DNA of 64,000 bases from Tubiluchus corallicola. Taxonomy: Eukaryota > Animalia > Priapulida. Location of the stretch: assembly GCA_030141605.1 (NCBI GenBank), contig JAQGDQ010002368.1, positions 558,001 through 622,000 on the forward strand, read 5' to 3'. The notes below the pieces were generated by a model, which was not told the DNA's origin, did not search any database, and worked only from the letters and a program-made list of their open reading frames with translations. Positions 13,101-35,000 of the stretch are shown here, piece by piece. Both the position numbers and the translations under genes were made by a program. How positions within the stretch are numbered: the first letter of the stretch is position 1; every line of letters begins with the position of its first letter.

Positions 13101-14260
13101 CTTTTTGAAATCACACAAGTCTGCTCATTTGCAAAAATTACAAAAATTCCTTCAAAGTCGGCTACTTCATTTTCTCGCGAAGAAGTTGGCCCACAAAGTT
13201 CTTGTAATTATAAAAACGTTGACAATTTGTTGTTGTGTGTGACTAAAACAGTTCTGAATCGTCTACTCACTTACATTGCCCATATTTGCTGCACGACGTT
13301 TACGTAAGTCACAAGGAATATCAGCTGATTACTGCACCTGCATCTTTGACTGTTAACTCATTAAGCCTGAAAGCGTGATTTGCAACGAGAGCATCAAAAG
13401 GAAAACGCTGGGCAAGTGCATAAATGTTTAGCTTCCAGAAATTCGAGGTTAGCGTAGCGTAATAGTGCATGATAATCGTACCTGCTTATAAACAAAACGG
13501 TACTTAACATGATTGTTTCTGCATACATAGTGCACAAAACGGAAGTAACGGTGGCATAAAAGTAGGAAAGGCTCTTTTGGCACCTACAAATATCTTATTT
13601 TAAGTAGGTGAAGGAAAAATATTGAATCAATTATACGAACTTATTTGAGTCAGTTACCGATAGTTTTTACGTATATTTGAATTGAAGCGCCCGTTCCAAC
13701 CGTTTTTGAGTCAATTAAGTGATTGACTCTATTAACCGTGAGTCTATTAAGCGGCGCCTACTGTATAAAAATTTATTGCAAAGTACTTGTAACGCCATCT
13801 ACTGATCAAAGGCTCAAAGCTGATAATGCTTACTTATAAATTGGCTGCTCAGCTAAGTCAATAGTCACTGTATGCCCTAAATGTGTTGTAATAATCTAAT
13901 ATTATAGTAATCCTAGAATCAGTGGCAATGTTAATCAAACTTACAGTAGAACTTGTTTTATTAATAGGTATGCTTTCAGCTAGTCAGACTGAATCACAGA
14001 GAGATGAGCAACTGTCTGAATCACACAGCAGCAACACCACAATTGGCAAATACAATTCTTGGGACTTTCTTCCAGAAGATCAGCAGAACAGCTCAAAGCA
14101 GATGCTGGCACGACCTATCACACCTGCAGAGAAACAAGCTTTGATGCGTAACACAAAGATCTCTAATTCAAACCAGCTGCTCAATGGAGAGTATGAAAAT
14201 GAATCAGTGCATCCAAAATCTGTCGTCACAACTGTAAGCTTTACTGACACAAGATTGTAG
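1183..14260 (+). CDS. PHLPP: PH domain and leucine-rich repeat protein phosphatase (PHLPP1/2-like), 5'-partial; LRR array, PP2C-like domain and C-terminal PDZ ligand
   Basis: 17 GT-AG exons join in frame (2833 nt, about 943 aa): 1183-1321, 1964-2044, 2147-2366, 3186-3246, 3630-3725, 5985-6143, 6894-7091, 7202-7364, 7526-7656, 7809-7937, 8126-8317, 9322-9553, 10332-10556, 11160-11320, 11601-11778, 12446-12620, 13968-14260. LxxLxLxxNxL repeats are followed by WSVGFSETSGSRNKLC, LFGMFDGGRN, AHRKLKASGQRLGAA, ANVGHVEVILCRQG, VVPDPHV and AQSYGSKENLSVMV. The protein ends in DTRL*, like vertebrate DTPL/DTAL. The RA/PH exons lie upstream of the window. Confidence 0.93.
3858..4700. mobile_element. Degraded Tc1/mariner (pogo/Tigger-like) MITE, same family as 12846-13763
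   Basis: TA|CAGTAGGCGCATCTTGATAGACTCACTTTG start matches the TIR at 12846. Internal blocks are shared with that copy (AAATGTTTAaCTTCCAGAAAT, GTACCTGCTTAcAAACAAA, TCTTATTTTAA). The right end is eroded. Confidence 0.7.
4770..5968 (+). mobile_element. 5'-truncated CR1/L2-group LINE (RT C-terminal region, 3' UTR and tail) in a PHLPP intron
   Basis: Frameshifted translation WFKANKLSLNIEKSKFIVF...KFLGIIIDEHLTWQEH...LYNSLFLLYLNNSNIIWGSTY...HNYGTR...SIKYNGPCIWNSI. Ends with AATAAA (5944-5949) and a (TGAAT)n tail. Confidence 0.85.
6264..6802. mobile_element. piggyBac-type MITE (539 bp)
   Basis: TTAA|CCCTTTCACTA ... TAGTGAAAGGG|TTAA: 11-bp perfect TIR with CCC terminus and TTAA target-site duplication. 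Confidence 0.8.
8952..9030. mobile_element. Tiny degraded pogo/Tigger-like MITE remnant
   Basis: CAGTTGACCTCGGCTATAACGAG ... CTCGTTATTAACGGTTTATACTG|TA, imperfect TIRs with CAGT/ACTG ends. Confidence 0.4.
12846..13763. mobile_element. Tc1/mariner (pogo/Tigger-like) MITE, 918 bp
   Basis: 26-bp TIRs CAGTAGGCACCGCTTAATAGACTCAC / GTGAGTCTATTAAGCGGCGCCTACTG (1 mismatch), with TA on the right flank. Second copy at 3858. Confidence 0.85.
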
Positions 14261-15346
14261 TAACACGAATATGTGTTTGATCATTTGATCAAAAGACTCG
14301 AATAGGAAATGAATTTAGAGTACAGATATATGTTAGAACACATTCATCTGTTCTGATATGCATATAAAGTTGTCTTGTTTTATATGTATGAAAAGTAATG
14401 TTGTAGAACATCTTTTTTGGGATGTATTGGAGTTTGAGGTATATGAAGGCTACTAAAAATAAGGTGATTATATTATTATACTGTTGTGTTTTACTCTTCT
14501 GAATCTGAAGTTTCTCAAGTTTGTTATCAATTAATTGTAAGAATCTATAATCTATAACTATAATTGCTGTTCAGGATGATTTAGTGTGCTCATCGAGTTT
14601 GTCTATAGATTATGCTGTAATAGAAATAGTTGATTTTTGAATGTTTTTCTTACCACTGTACGAAGTAAAAATTGTATTATATTTTTCTAGACATTATCTT
14701 TCTATAATTCTTAATTGTGCATATATGTGTACATTCTTACCATGGGCTGAACATAGGTATTTTGGTGATGAGAACTTCAAGTTTTATAAGTATGTATATT
14801 ACTTATTTCTGTAGAATATTTGCAACTGTAAATATTACATGGTAATGATGTTTCTTGAAGTTTTTCTTTGGTCATATTAAAATATAATAGTGAAATATAT
14901 GATGATTGTATAATTTTAAGTAATTATTCCAATGCAAAATAATGATAGTATGACATCTTCTTGTTTACATACTTATATGCACAGCCTTTGTAGCTGCTGT
15001 GAGTTAGTTGTATATTATGCTGCTGGAGAACTTGATAGCTTTGGCTGTGAAAGAAATTTAGAGGAATATTTAATTGTGTGTTTTGTGAGAACAATTTCTT
15101 ATTAATTTTTTACTGTTTTATTATTTCAGTGGTTTGTTTATTTGTTTTGTATTGCTACTTTTCGTCAGTTTTGTAAGTTTTTTGTTGGTGAAGGCAATTT
15201 ATGTTGTATATAATGATATTATAAGTTTTATACATAGTTTTGTAATAATTATTTTTATAAAATGTGAAGTCATAAATTCTGGTGATGGTATTAGGAATTA
15301 TTATAGTAGGTAAAGATGTGATAATTGAAGCAATTATATTATTTTT

Positions 15347-15352
15347 AATAAA
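15347..15352 (+). terminator. Candidate polyadenylation signal of PHLPP
   Basis: AATAAA at the end of a ~1.1-kb T-rich 3' UTR-like tract, followed by GT-rich sequence (GTGGTTT, TGTTTGTGG). Confidence 0.45.
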
Positions 15353-16109
15353 GTTTAACTATCCAGAAGTGGTTTATCAATCTGTTTGTGGAAATACTTA
15401 TTTGCTATTACATATTAAATATTACATAATTATAATATAATTTTAACTTAACTAATTTTAACTTACAATAATCTCCTACGCAGTTTGCAAAAAAAATCGG
15501 CAAAATAGTTTTGAAACAGTTATCTACCTTTACATCAAAATGTTTTTTAAAACAATGTGACATCTTACAAAAATGATGCTTGTGTTATATAGCATAAGCA
15601 TCATTTTTGTAATAATTATGTCAAATTTTGATAACACAAATAAGCACTTCCTGGCTAAACCAAAATCACTCGTCTTGTTTAACATTGGCTTGTTTATGGG
15701 AATAAAAAGGAGTGAACTTTTACAGCATTTTAGCGAGAACTAGCTTTACATGGTTTTAGCTGCTTTTTCTGGTTAGATACGTAAATACATACAAGCCCAG
15801 AAACGTCATGCCAGATGATATCATTAAGCTTACTGCCTCAAATTAGTGTCTGGTATCCATGCATGTATAATATATGTACAGTTTAATTTTAATGCTTTAA
15901 TGTTTCACAGTGTTTTGAACTGATGGGTTTCAGTGTTTTATCTCAATAAAATCTACTGTGCCCGTCAGAGGCGTGATGAAGATTATTTTCTCATTTCTCT
16001 GGTGTCCGACAGGACCGACACTGTCGTTCAACGTTTCCGTGGTGTGAATAGAAATAAAACGAAGCTGAATAAAATAAACTGATATCCCATGTTGGCAGAC
16101 GCTGGTTAA

Positions 16110-23157
<7,048 letters not shown>

Positions 23158-26025
23158 TGTTTAATATGAATAAGTTTGTCTATTTATCTGTAATTGTTTG
23201 CTTGTCCTTGTTTTATAAATTTGAAAACTCTTGGCAGTCATTCAGATGCCAATTACAAAAAACTCTATTATCTGTTGGATTTTTTCCTGGGCCTCATGAA
23301 AAATAACTTAGCAATTGGTGAAAAATGGCTAAACTTCAATTTAACTCTGAAATTACAGCCTTTACAAACATTATTATTATCACTAACTGTACAAGAGTCA
23401 CATTTTCTTGTAAAAAATGCAAAATAGCTGAAAAAACTGGATTATCTTTTATATTTTATCACTGCAACTTTATGATGTTCTAAAAATGATGAAATAGTGG
23501 TTACATTACACTACACAACTGTCTGAACTTTTCTTCATTGCACGACAGTATAATCATTTTCAAAAATGAAAAAATCAGTTTATAAACTAGCATTGTTTCA
23601 CTTTTTCCTAATTCTGAGTCTCTGACCTTTTAATATTCTAAATCTGTTCATTCTACAAACAAGTATCACTTCTCTAACAAAAGAACGAGCACTTGTAGCC
23701 TGCTAATTGAATCAGTATTAACAATTATATAATCAAGTGATCATTAAAAACATCCAAAGAGTTTATGATCCTTACGTTTATTCTTCCGAATTATTATATT
23801 TTTATACAATTCTAGCAGCACAGTGCTCTACTACAGTCACTACCATAAGTTCAAAACCACCAGTCTACAGCGTTTGTGATCTTTGCGAACTATTGCATCA
23901 TCTGTTGTTATATAATATAACAGATAATAGCTCCTGTTGTTATATTAGTTATTCTCCTCACACGATTTGACTTTGTTACAATTGTCACTATCTTTTAAAT
24001 AATACGATATCTTGTGATTTTTTCTAACATTAGTGCACAATTTGAAAATGTTCAAAATATCACTATCAACACACAAAGGGTCTAAAATATATTGTAAAAA
24101 AGAGGAATGTTATCATTCTCTAAAAGTGAAATTTGGTGCAAAGTTAGACTTTAGGTTCTTGGCATGTTTGTAACAAAGGATTTTTCACCCAGTTTTTGAT
24201 GTGCACAAACTTCACACAGAATGGTAGCTTTTGAAATCATAGCAAAAAATGCTTAGTGAGCCAAAATTGTGTAGCCGATGTCGTGACACAATAACCATAG
24301 ACTAGTTAGTCATTCAACAGTGGCTAATGTAATACTTCGCAGAGATTCAAAATGTGATATTCAGGCAGGGTAGTATGCCTGATGGTGGTGACCCCATTTC
24401 AAGAGGATGTCATGTACTGTGGTCCTGATTATACAGTAAGATGGACATTAAGTTATATACAATTAAAACAGTATTAGAAATAATTTAAATCACGGTTTTT
24501 ACAATTAACGATAACTATTACTTCTCTCAAAAATAGTAGCTATGTAACACAACAAAATGATACATAGAAAAATTAGATCCTCTGGAATGGCCTACAGAGT
24601 TTAAATTTGTCAACGTTATTTTGCACTCATCAGTATTTAAAAATATGAGAAATTTAACATGATCCACTAATAATAATAGTTACAAGAAGGAAAACAGCAC
24701 TAAAATTAGCTTTACAAATTTATCACAGTAATATTTTTTAATGTGGAACAAAGTGCATTTAACTTGCCTTTTTAATCTACACTTAGTACAGTTTGCCCTA
24801 AAAACAAAAGGTTTGATTATGGTGCACCAAACATCAATAAATGAAAATTTGCCTATTTCAAGGTGTCATTTAATTTAGTGTTATAAATTGAGACACTAAA
24901 CTGTGTGAAACTATCAGTCAGTACCGTTACCGTAAAATTTTGTGACTAGTTGTACCACAGGTGATTGGTACAAAAAACTGCACATCAATGTACTGAAGTT
25001 ACCCTAGCTTCCTAGACAACCATTTCACAATTATTAAAATTAAGTAGGCTAACTCAAGCTCTGTCACTTATAAATATGGTAATGACGCCAACTTGGCATA
25101 ATTAAGACATGGCATTACAAACATTACAAATACAGTTAAACTCATTAGCCAAAGCTAATATGAACTGATAATACACAGCATAATCATGAATAATTATATG
25201 CTAACAAATAAAAAAATACTGAAGTAAAATGTGCGCATATTTATACCAAAATTGTACCATATATTAACAGTAAAACCATTTAAAGTGAGCTATTATGTAA
25301 AACTACATAAAGCAATCAAGTGTGACGAATTACAGTTTGTAATACCTTCATAAATCTTACAAGCAGACATTTGAACTTTGTAATGACACAAAATATAAGC
25401 ATACATGCAAGAAAATATTAGCATACTGTATATTGTAAACAAATATATTAATACAAAATCGGAATAATGAATTAACTAATTAAACATAAACAAGCTGGTA
25501 TTGAAAACAAAACAACAAGCAATCATGACATGCGTAGCTAATCTAAAAAGCTCCTGATTTTTGCAAACCAAAAATTTAATAAGTGAACACTGTTAGATTA
25601 GATATAACCTGCTGAGGTAGCACCATCTCACCGGTTTTTTCAAAAACATTTAAAAATTATCAAGAGATCATAGGGAATCAAGTTTTTAATTGATATGATG
25701 TTAGAAGAAAAAACTGTCTTGCCTATATAGTAAAATAAGGACAAAAATATGACTAGGCTACAATTGGTATTATCTTCTTATTATCCAACAAATGTATTTT
25801 ATACAGTGATAAACTATTTTTCTATGGATCCAAGAAAATGTCATAATTAATCAAATGCAAGATCTACACAACATATATCATGAATGCAATTAAACAATTT
25901 TTCAAATTAGAGAGTAAATCTTACTATTTTACTATAAATGTATGAAAATTAATAATAAAAAGATTACCTGCAAAACTAAACATTATGAACAGTGCATTTC
26001 AGATCAATAAAATTTCATAACACTA

Positions 26026-29000
26026 CTACAATTTTTCATTTTCATCTTTTCTGTCTTTTAGCTGTGCATTGTTAAGTATATAATAAAGCCCTTGTGTTGC
26101 AAGTAAATCAGCATGTTGGCCCTCCTCCGCTACCTTTCCATGATTTATAACTGCTATTTTATCAGAGTGATAAATCGTTGAAAGCCGGTGTGCAATGGTG
26201 ACAGATGTACGTCCCTTTTGTGCATTATCGAGAGCATCTTGCACCACCTAAAAAATGTTGAAATTTAAAATTTCCTTGTCTGCATATTTTTCTGGTTACC
26301 TAGTTCATAACTAGACTACCGCTAAATAACAGTTTATGAACAAAAAGTTGTAGCTTGTACCAAGTGTACTTGCAAGATAACACAAGAGCTGCTTGACTTG
26401 CAAATGAAGAAGTGGTAAACTTGCTTTACGTTGTACCATGTGTACCTGCAAGGTAACATAACAGTAGTGGCAAATAGATGGATAACAGGTGGAAAATTGT
26501 TTCTAGACAGTTTGCCCATGTTATTGTGATAACGATTATTTAACTAGTTGAGTTCCTAAGGAAAATTTATTTAACTAGTTGAAGTCCTGAGGAAAATATG
26601 TGTAACCCAAATGTGACTAAATCAGTTCTGTGGATTCAGTGTTAGATTAGAAGATTAAATCGAAGTGGAGGAAATGGTGGGACAGGCTTGTATTCTCCCT
26701 CACCATGAAGCCATGAATGCATCTATCAAGGCTGTCATTAAGGATTTTTAAATTCGATTTCTGCTCGTACAGCAGCAAAAATCTGGCTCCTTTAAGCTTT
26801 TTTTTAAAAGAAACCGGCATAATTTATTGTTCAATTTCAAGGAAAATTAACATTTATAATTTAATTGTAATTCTGCACATGACCCTAATTACGTAGTAGT
26901 AAGGAACATTATGTTCTTAGAAAATTCTCTAGTGTTATCTCATAATTCGTGAAACCATTTCTTGTAACTCCTTTATATAACTTCTCAATTCACAATTAAC
27001 TTTACCATAATTATTATTCAAATACGTTGCTTTCACGACAACTTTCTAAGATACAGTGTTATTTTTTTGCAAAGTATGAAGTGTCATGTAGTCCAACAGA
27101 TCGTAAGACAATCATTTACTGTCGAATCATAACTTTCTGTTTAATATCAGCGCTGCAAAAAAACTTACCCGTTCACTTTCTGTATCCAAAGCTGATGTTG
27201 CTTCGTCTAATAATAATATTCTGGGATTACGAATCAGTGCTCTAGCAATGGCAATTCGCTGTTTTTGTCCACCGCTCAACTGGGTACCTTTTTCTCCAAC
27301 ATTTGTTGCATATCCCTAGTAAAGATAGTTTTGGAATTAAGGATATTTAACATACAAGTCCTAGAAAATGCATAACTATTATAATGTGTTTAATACAATA
27401 CTGGATGTCACAAAAGGGACACAAATGTACATTAGTTATGACACAAACCAGCCGCAATAATGTTTTGAAAACCAGATATAAATGCCTAAAAATTGACAGC
27501 AGTACACCACTTGAAAATTCTGTCTGCAACTGAACATTCTAAGCAATTTTGTGGTGATTAATATCATAAAAGTTTAAATATTGTGACATTATCCCTCCAT
27601 ACATTCATGCTTTTGCAAACTAAGTCTCCAACTTCATCTTAATCTCACACTCTCCCAGACATCAAGGTTTTGACAAAATGGTTTGCCATGGCAAATCTAC
27701 TGCTTGTAATGTCAGAGTGAAAAGCAATGCTGAAAAACACCTGCTTAACGATCCTGACTACACTTTAAACTCAAATAAATATACCAGTCTGTTTTCAGGT
27801 AATGTTTGAGAAAACAAACTCGGAAAACGAACTTTCAGCTTCATGCAGATGCCTCAGCATTAACATAAATAAATCATTCATTCAACATTTTGAACAACTA
27901 CTTTTGCAGCATCTAAATGTATTATCATCCATTTTCTTCAGTATCTACACATATCTACATCTACTTTGTGTAACATCTTCTTTGATAAGAGAAATTAAAA
28001 TCTTCCTTGAAATGCATGCCAAAGCTGAGGTTATGTTAAATATATAAGCAAAAGTACGCTGAATTGTTACAGCTCAGATGGCCACTTCTTTCCATGAACA
28101 ATTATAAGCTATTGTTAAATAAAATTGTTTATAAAAATATTTATATTATTTTTTATTTTTGCAAATACCTATAAAAAATTATCAGACAATTATCAATTTA
28201 GTATTATATGTACTATTATAGCTGACAAAAATTTAAGTTTGTCATAGTTATCTTTTCTAGGAAAAATATGTCAGTGGGAGTAATAGTACTAGTGCTTATT
28301 TAGCCTTAATATTTTTTACTTATAGGTTAAGTGACCTGACAAATACCTAGCAAGCAGAACCATAAAATATGGATGTCGGTAATTAGTTTGGCAATTTTTC
28401 CCTTTCAATAACTATATCAGCATTTATTGTCTATTGCTGGTCTTTTATTGGTTTTTTAAATGCTAAATGCTGTAAGTATCTACTAGACCACTTTGCTGCT
28501 AGATGGTGCCACATTTTTGTTAGCTGCGTGCCATCGCGTCCTCCAGACGGCAGTGTCAAGAAAAAATATTCCAATTTTAATTATTAACACTTACTTAGGA
28601 CACTATTATAAATTTTTGATGCTTTTTGTTTTGTATATTGTCATTAGTTTTAAAAAATTTCATTCATTTCGTTCAAGTGTCATTGAAAATGACTAAAATT
28701 TCGTTCGTTCCATTCGAATAGCTATTGAATAGCAGTGGTTGGTACCATGTACCAAACACAGCATTCACTAATCACACTGAACTGTAAACAATGAATACAG
28801 GAACTTCTGAAGGAACATAGGCAATGATAATATTTTTAATACAGCATCACAATATAGCAAAAATACCTCAGGTAGGGACTGAATAAATGTATGAATATTA
28901 GCACTTCTGGCTGCGGCTATTATTTCATCCATGAGAACATTTCGCTCGTTATCTCCATAGCTAATGTTCTCCGCAATCGTAGCATCAAACAAAACTGGTT

Positions 29001-32000
29001 CTTGGCTGACAATGCCAAGTTGTTGTCGAAGCCATTGAATGTTCAGATTTTTTATATCTTTCCCATCAATCATCTAGTTAAAGTTAAATATCATTAGCAA
29101 AAATAGCTAGCCTAGATTATGATGAATCAAAGACTCGATTGACCGTTGCTACCTTTCACTGCTTTGAAATTTTTTGGAGGTTTTCTTCCCCTTTATTTAT
29201 AAAAACTAACCTCTAAATATTTGTGAAAAAACCATCAAATTGGAAACTGTGGTAACTTTCCTGGCCATTTTTTAATTATTAATAATTTCATTTTTGCTCA
29301 TTTGAAGAAAATTATTACAGTGTATATTAGTTATTGGAAGAAAATTATTACTTAGCTTATCCAAAATTTACAAGTTCCAAAGTTTCCAAGAATTTGTTTC
29401 TGTTCACATTAACAAAGATGGGCTGATATGCCTTTAGTTGCATAAAACCAATTATACAAATAATAAGCAATTACATACAAACAGTGCAGTGTTCTGAAGA
29501 TTAACTGTCAATTCACAAAGATTTTTGCAAGGTTTCATGGCTTCCTAGATACATCCTTCTTCAAGCTTATTCTAAGTTATAGACTGGGAGTCTGGGACTA
29601 AAAATGACATATTTACCCGATATTTAACTAAACAATACTAGAGTTTACATCCTTTACAACATATGCAGCTCACCACTTGCCCTTCTAGAGGGTCATAAAA
29701 CCTCTCCAACAGCTGCACAGTAGTACTCTTTCCACAGCCACTACTACCAACTAAAGCCACCATTTGTGACGGATCAATAGTCAAGTCAAATCCAACAAGC
29801 ACTGGCACATCTGGGCGTGATGGATAGTTAAAGTTGACTGACTTAAACTGTATTCTCCCAATACAAGTACTCTAAAACAATGAACAGTGAACATTCAGCA
29901 TTCGAGTTCATAAACATTGTTACAGTAAAAAAATATGTAAAATTGCAATACAGTTCTGAAAAAAATAAGGTCAACAGTTTCACACGCACTGTACTGCAAG
30001 TATCCGATGATCGTTAACAAGTTGCACTAGCGGCTCAAGCATATTGAATAGCATTAAATTTTCACAAAAAATAATCTATACAAGGAAGTAATACATTGTC
30101 ATTTAGACAAACAAGCTTTCTTATTATCTCTTCAAAGGTGTAATCCTTGAAACTTTGATAAAAACTTCATTGGTGTTTTCCTTTCAAATAAGATTAATGA
30201 AAAAAACTTGGGCAGAAATGTTTATTAGAAAATACGATCCTGAAAAGATTCAACAAAAAGCACCATTTCCATTTCCTTTTCAATCCATTTACTAACCTGG
30301 CTCAGCATTACTTAACTTTGGTTGCAAAACATATGCTATGGCCATTTTCCTTTTCACAAAATGTCAAAAAGTTACTTCTTTTATACTGATGATCAATTGT
30401 ACAGCTTACAGGTTTTTCACCATCAGGAGATGAACTATCAATCAATGGAACTCGGTCAAATAAATGCAAGACTCTCTGTGAAGAAGTTTTAGCTTTGGCA
30501 AAGTCCGGTGCAAAGCTGCTGGCCTGACCCAGTGACATTGCTCCAAACACAATAGCAGAAAATACTCTAAAAGCATTAAAATAAATTATGATACAGAACT
30601 TATCAGGCAGTCTCATTTATGGCACGAATTTAATTTGCTCTGTGCATGTTGGCAAAATAGACAACAAAACTAAATTTTTGTTTTTAGTTTAAAAAAAATC
30701 ATTGTTTAAATCAAATAAAAGAATACTTATTTGTACAAATCATCTAAACTATTTTTGATAATCTATTTGAAAGCACTTACTGACTAAAAATATAAGCAAG
30801 GAAATAACAAAGCATGCTTATCAGCTCTACATAAAATTGGCCATACGTCTTGACAAGTAGTTAACAGCTGTTAACTGTTTCAAAAAATGCCATTTCAGAT
30901 TTTTGAAAGAATGGGTATTCCTCCATTCCTTTTTAATCAACAAGTTATCAGCATGAAGTCTGTTTCAGGATTTTAACTTACCAAGAGAAGCATCAAAAAC
31001 AACATATTTTATTTTTAGGATGATTTTCAGGAAAAAACTCACCAATTTCTGCACAACTCTGGATGCAAACTTCAAACACTTGTATGTATGTGCAAAGTAT
31101 TTGTAAAATTTAAGCCACTCACTTGAAAACCTTTTCGTAGTCTAAACCCTTCTCTTCGATTAGCACTGCACCATAGTAGAAGCAAGCAGAATATGCAAAG
31201 AAGATGATACCCTGTGAAAAGCTGAATGCTATACCGTACAAATGACATCGGATCATTGAATTCCTGTTGGTTCAAAATAGCTTTATTGTAGAATGAATTA
31301 GCTTGCCAAATGCTTAAAGAACGGGTATTGCACTGTTACGACATTAACAAGGCTGAAAACTTTTTGAAATTTTAACAAATCAATGCCTTACAAAACAGCC
31401 CAACAATTTTTATAATCACATAAAACAAACTATATAAATGAAAAGATCAGAAAGTACAAGTGTATCAAAAATTAGGTAGACCACAATAAAAATACATTCT
31501 CCTACTTTCCAGAAACTGCCATAACAACATAAGTATGACATTATTGCCTAACTAATTTCCAGAACATACTAGGAAAAGAAAACTTGGCATTCGTGGCATA
31601 CAAGCTTAATTAGTTCAAACAACTGCTTTAGAATTCCTCAGCTTCGCTTTAGAAGACCCGGAATTAATCCTCGGCCCAACAACAACAACAACAACAACAA
31701 CAACACGCGCACGCACGAGCACGCACATGCACACACACACACACCCTACCTCACCGAAATGAAAAAAATGTAAAACAAATCTTTGCTTTCACATGTTGAT
31801 CATCAATACAAAGATTATATATCTAAATGGAATATGAAGCCTTGACGTGTCCCTACTGTGTTCTACCTGTCATCAAACCAATCATGACAAAAATGAAAAG
31901 TGCAAAAAAAAATCTTCTTAATTTTGATACAACTACATACTTAAATGGAATACGAAGACTTGAAGAATACTGATTGACAAAATGCTTCTCCTTCGACAAT

Positions 32001-35000
32001 GATGCCACTGTTCTGATGTTATCTATTCCTTCTGTAGCCACCTTTAAAATAATTGTTCATACATTAAAATCACAAGTAAATGAGCAAGGAAATAAATGAA
32101 AATTTAATTGTGTTTATTATGAGCTTCAATAAATGGACTTTGGCACAAATGTGTCATAAGAAAAAGAAAAATCTGAACTTTCTTGAGAACTCCATTTATA
32201 AAAAATCAACACAACCGAAAAACAAGGAAAAAGAAAGAACACAACATTTCAAATTCGCACTGTAGTTTTTTCAGAACAAAAACGTGACCACAGTAAGCAC
32301 TTGTGATTTTTTGCTCTTTTTGGCCATTTTTGCTCACCCGAAGAATTGCAATGCTAGTTTGAAACATTGTGTTCTTTCTTTTTTCCTTGTTTTTAATTGT
32401 GGGACGTTTTATTTCATTCTACTATTCTTGTTCTCAAAAATTGTTATCTGCGTTATGAGAGCTTCAAGCTTACACGTCCACTGTTCTCTAATGCATCCTT
32501 ATCAAGATGCGCATTTCCTGCCAACATTTTCATCTGTAGTACACCACCAAGCATTATAAAAGGTGTGAAAGCCAGAATGACCAGCGTGAGTTGCCAGCTA
32601 TTAGAAAAAGCTATAGCTAATCCACATGCAATACTAGCAAATCCGTTTAGCGTGGATCCGAGTCGTGCTCCTGTTGCCTGAAAATATAAAAATAAGCATC
32701 ATATCTTCATACAGAAGGCATTATTACTGTGCCTACAATGTTAATGGCTGTTCTCTTATATTAAGAATAATGACCGAATCGTATATATGCCTGTAATGTG
32801 ACATCACTTCATTATAGTATAAACCTGCACAGAATGTTGGGTGATTATAGTGGAGCAGTAATTACAAAAGTAGCCGACTCAAAAGTCATTGATTTACAAT
32901 ATTTCATAACAACAAATTGTTAAACTGAACACTTATAAATTACTTCAGGTTTGCACATCATTTCTCACATTAAAGCGAAATCTAGAAATTCTGACACAAA
33001 ACTCCAACATAATGAATTATACCATGTCATCTAAAAAGATCAAACATTCTTAGAATTAAAATTTCCTTCACCTCCAGTTTAAAATTTGTCAGAACAATTA
33101 AACAAAATTTACCCCTGAAACCTACCAAACAATACATCTTAAGGCAAAACACAACACATAAGCGTTACTTACATAGCTACTTGTCAAAAAGGCACCGAAA
33201 AAGTAATAGCCATACTGGAAGTTAAGAATAAGTTTCAAATGGTGACACAAAACAAGAACAGCTTATGAAGCTGATCTCCAGGACAGCAAACACCATGAAA
33301 ACATATTATTAATGACACAATGTTTCTTAAAAAAAACCAACCCCCTGAACATTAGACGCATCAGTAGCAAGACGAGTCATGAGTGCCCCCACTGTATTCT
33401 TCCTGTCATCAAACCAACCAATCTCTTGTCTTAGCATTGATGTGAAGCCCATATAACGTAATCTCTTAGTCAAGCTTTCTCCAGATATGCCAAAGAAATA
33501 CACCTATTTTTAAAAAGTTAAGAAATTAAGTATTTAAGCAACGGCATCGACAAAGTCTTCTTAAAGAAAGAAAGAACTTTAATAGTATAATGAAATAACC
33601 CAATTTCAATTGATTTATAATGCTACAAATACACTACAATGACTAAAAATAGTTGAAGAATCAGAAGCATAATTCCTAGAAAGCAACACTGTTTTGCTCA
33701 ATGAAGAATGTTTACAAACATAATTTAAACATTAGCTGATTAGAAAATATGTATTTGATAAGAGCAAAGGAAATTTGAGAATCTACTATTAAATACAGGA
33801 AATGTCCAAGTATTTCATTTTTTACCTGTAAAAACATAGTGGCTCCAGCTGCAATTCCAACGAGGAGAAAAAGAAGTGCATACCAATTGGACTCTTTTTC
33901 TTGCTCCTCTAGGTCTATGATTGAAAACACCTAACACATTAAAAATGCAGTTGATTTACTTCACTTTTCACATGATAAGCACCAAACGACTTTTCACCAT
34001 AAAACAACTGTTCTGTGAATCCTGTAACAGAATGCCATCAACACAAAATGTGCTACTAGTTAAAAATGAAACATTAATGTTTGCATAAACAATCATCAGT
34101 CATACCCCAAGCACTTCTGCAAAAAGGACAGCAAATATAGGCATAATAGTTCCATTAGCCATCGCACAGAATGTTCCCACAGCGATGAATGGCCACTCAG
34201 GAGAGTTCAACTTCATCAGACGTAGTGTACTTGGAGGAGGGAGATCCGACACATCATCCTGTGGAGAAAAGTGAAATTCTCTTAATGCAGAGTGCAAAAG
34301 CTTAAAATTTTGAAAACATTTACTGCTGTCATGCCTGAAGTCAGGTGTGAAGTCAGATCAGAACTGGACTCAATCTTAAACTGTATGTCAAAACAATCTA
34401 CTCTATGAAATATTGAAAGAGAACACAGTATTTTTTCAAGAATGGCATGTGTCATTGACTTCTTCACTTAATTTAAGAAAATCTGAATTTTTTTTAAACT
34501 TGCCGAGTTTTAGTACAACACACTGAATCTCTTCAATCTTCCCTTTCATAAACACATGCAACACGCTCGTTGAATATTTTTGCTGTTGAAAATTATGTTC
34601 GTTTGTGATGTCATCAATAGTTAATTAATTAATGCCATTAATTAAGATTTTAATCTATTTTTTAACTATCAGTAACACTTTTTCAGTATTACTGGTGTGA
34701 AAATGTATACTTTTTACTATTCTTAAAAATGGGATAGTATAAGAAAAATCAACCTGTCTTCCTTTAAACATCTCTCTAAAAAGACAAAAATGCATCTCAA
34801 TCGTAACTTATCGGACAGGTGTAATTATTAGCAATTTATACATGTAAAATCATCTATGTGATAAACAGGTAACTAAAAGACAATAAAACCATGAAATAAA
34901 CTCATGCCTTTCTACTCATTACATGCAAACTGCTTAATGCTTGTAAAAATTTGTGTCCTGCTTATTATCCTGCTGCAGTACAAAATACTTGCATTTTCTG

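Noticed and set aside
15970-16070. GTGATGA...CTGA pair resembling a C/D snoRNA or SECIS-like element
   Set aside because: Lies in the PSMA7 promoter region rather than an intron; no terminal stem or recognisable guide; none of the genes has an in-frame TGA.
23158-26025. Overlapping antisense 3' UTRs of the convergent PSMA7 and ABCB genes
   Set aside because: Several candidate poly(A) hexamers on both strands; overlap cannot be established without 3'-end data.
32284-32681. Plus-strand ORFs here and similar shadows (9370-9600, 28891-29097, 36291-36581, 43880-44077, 61234-62086)
   Set aside because: Antisense or alternative-frame shadows of real exons.
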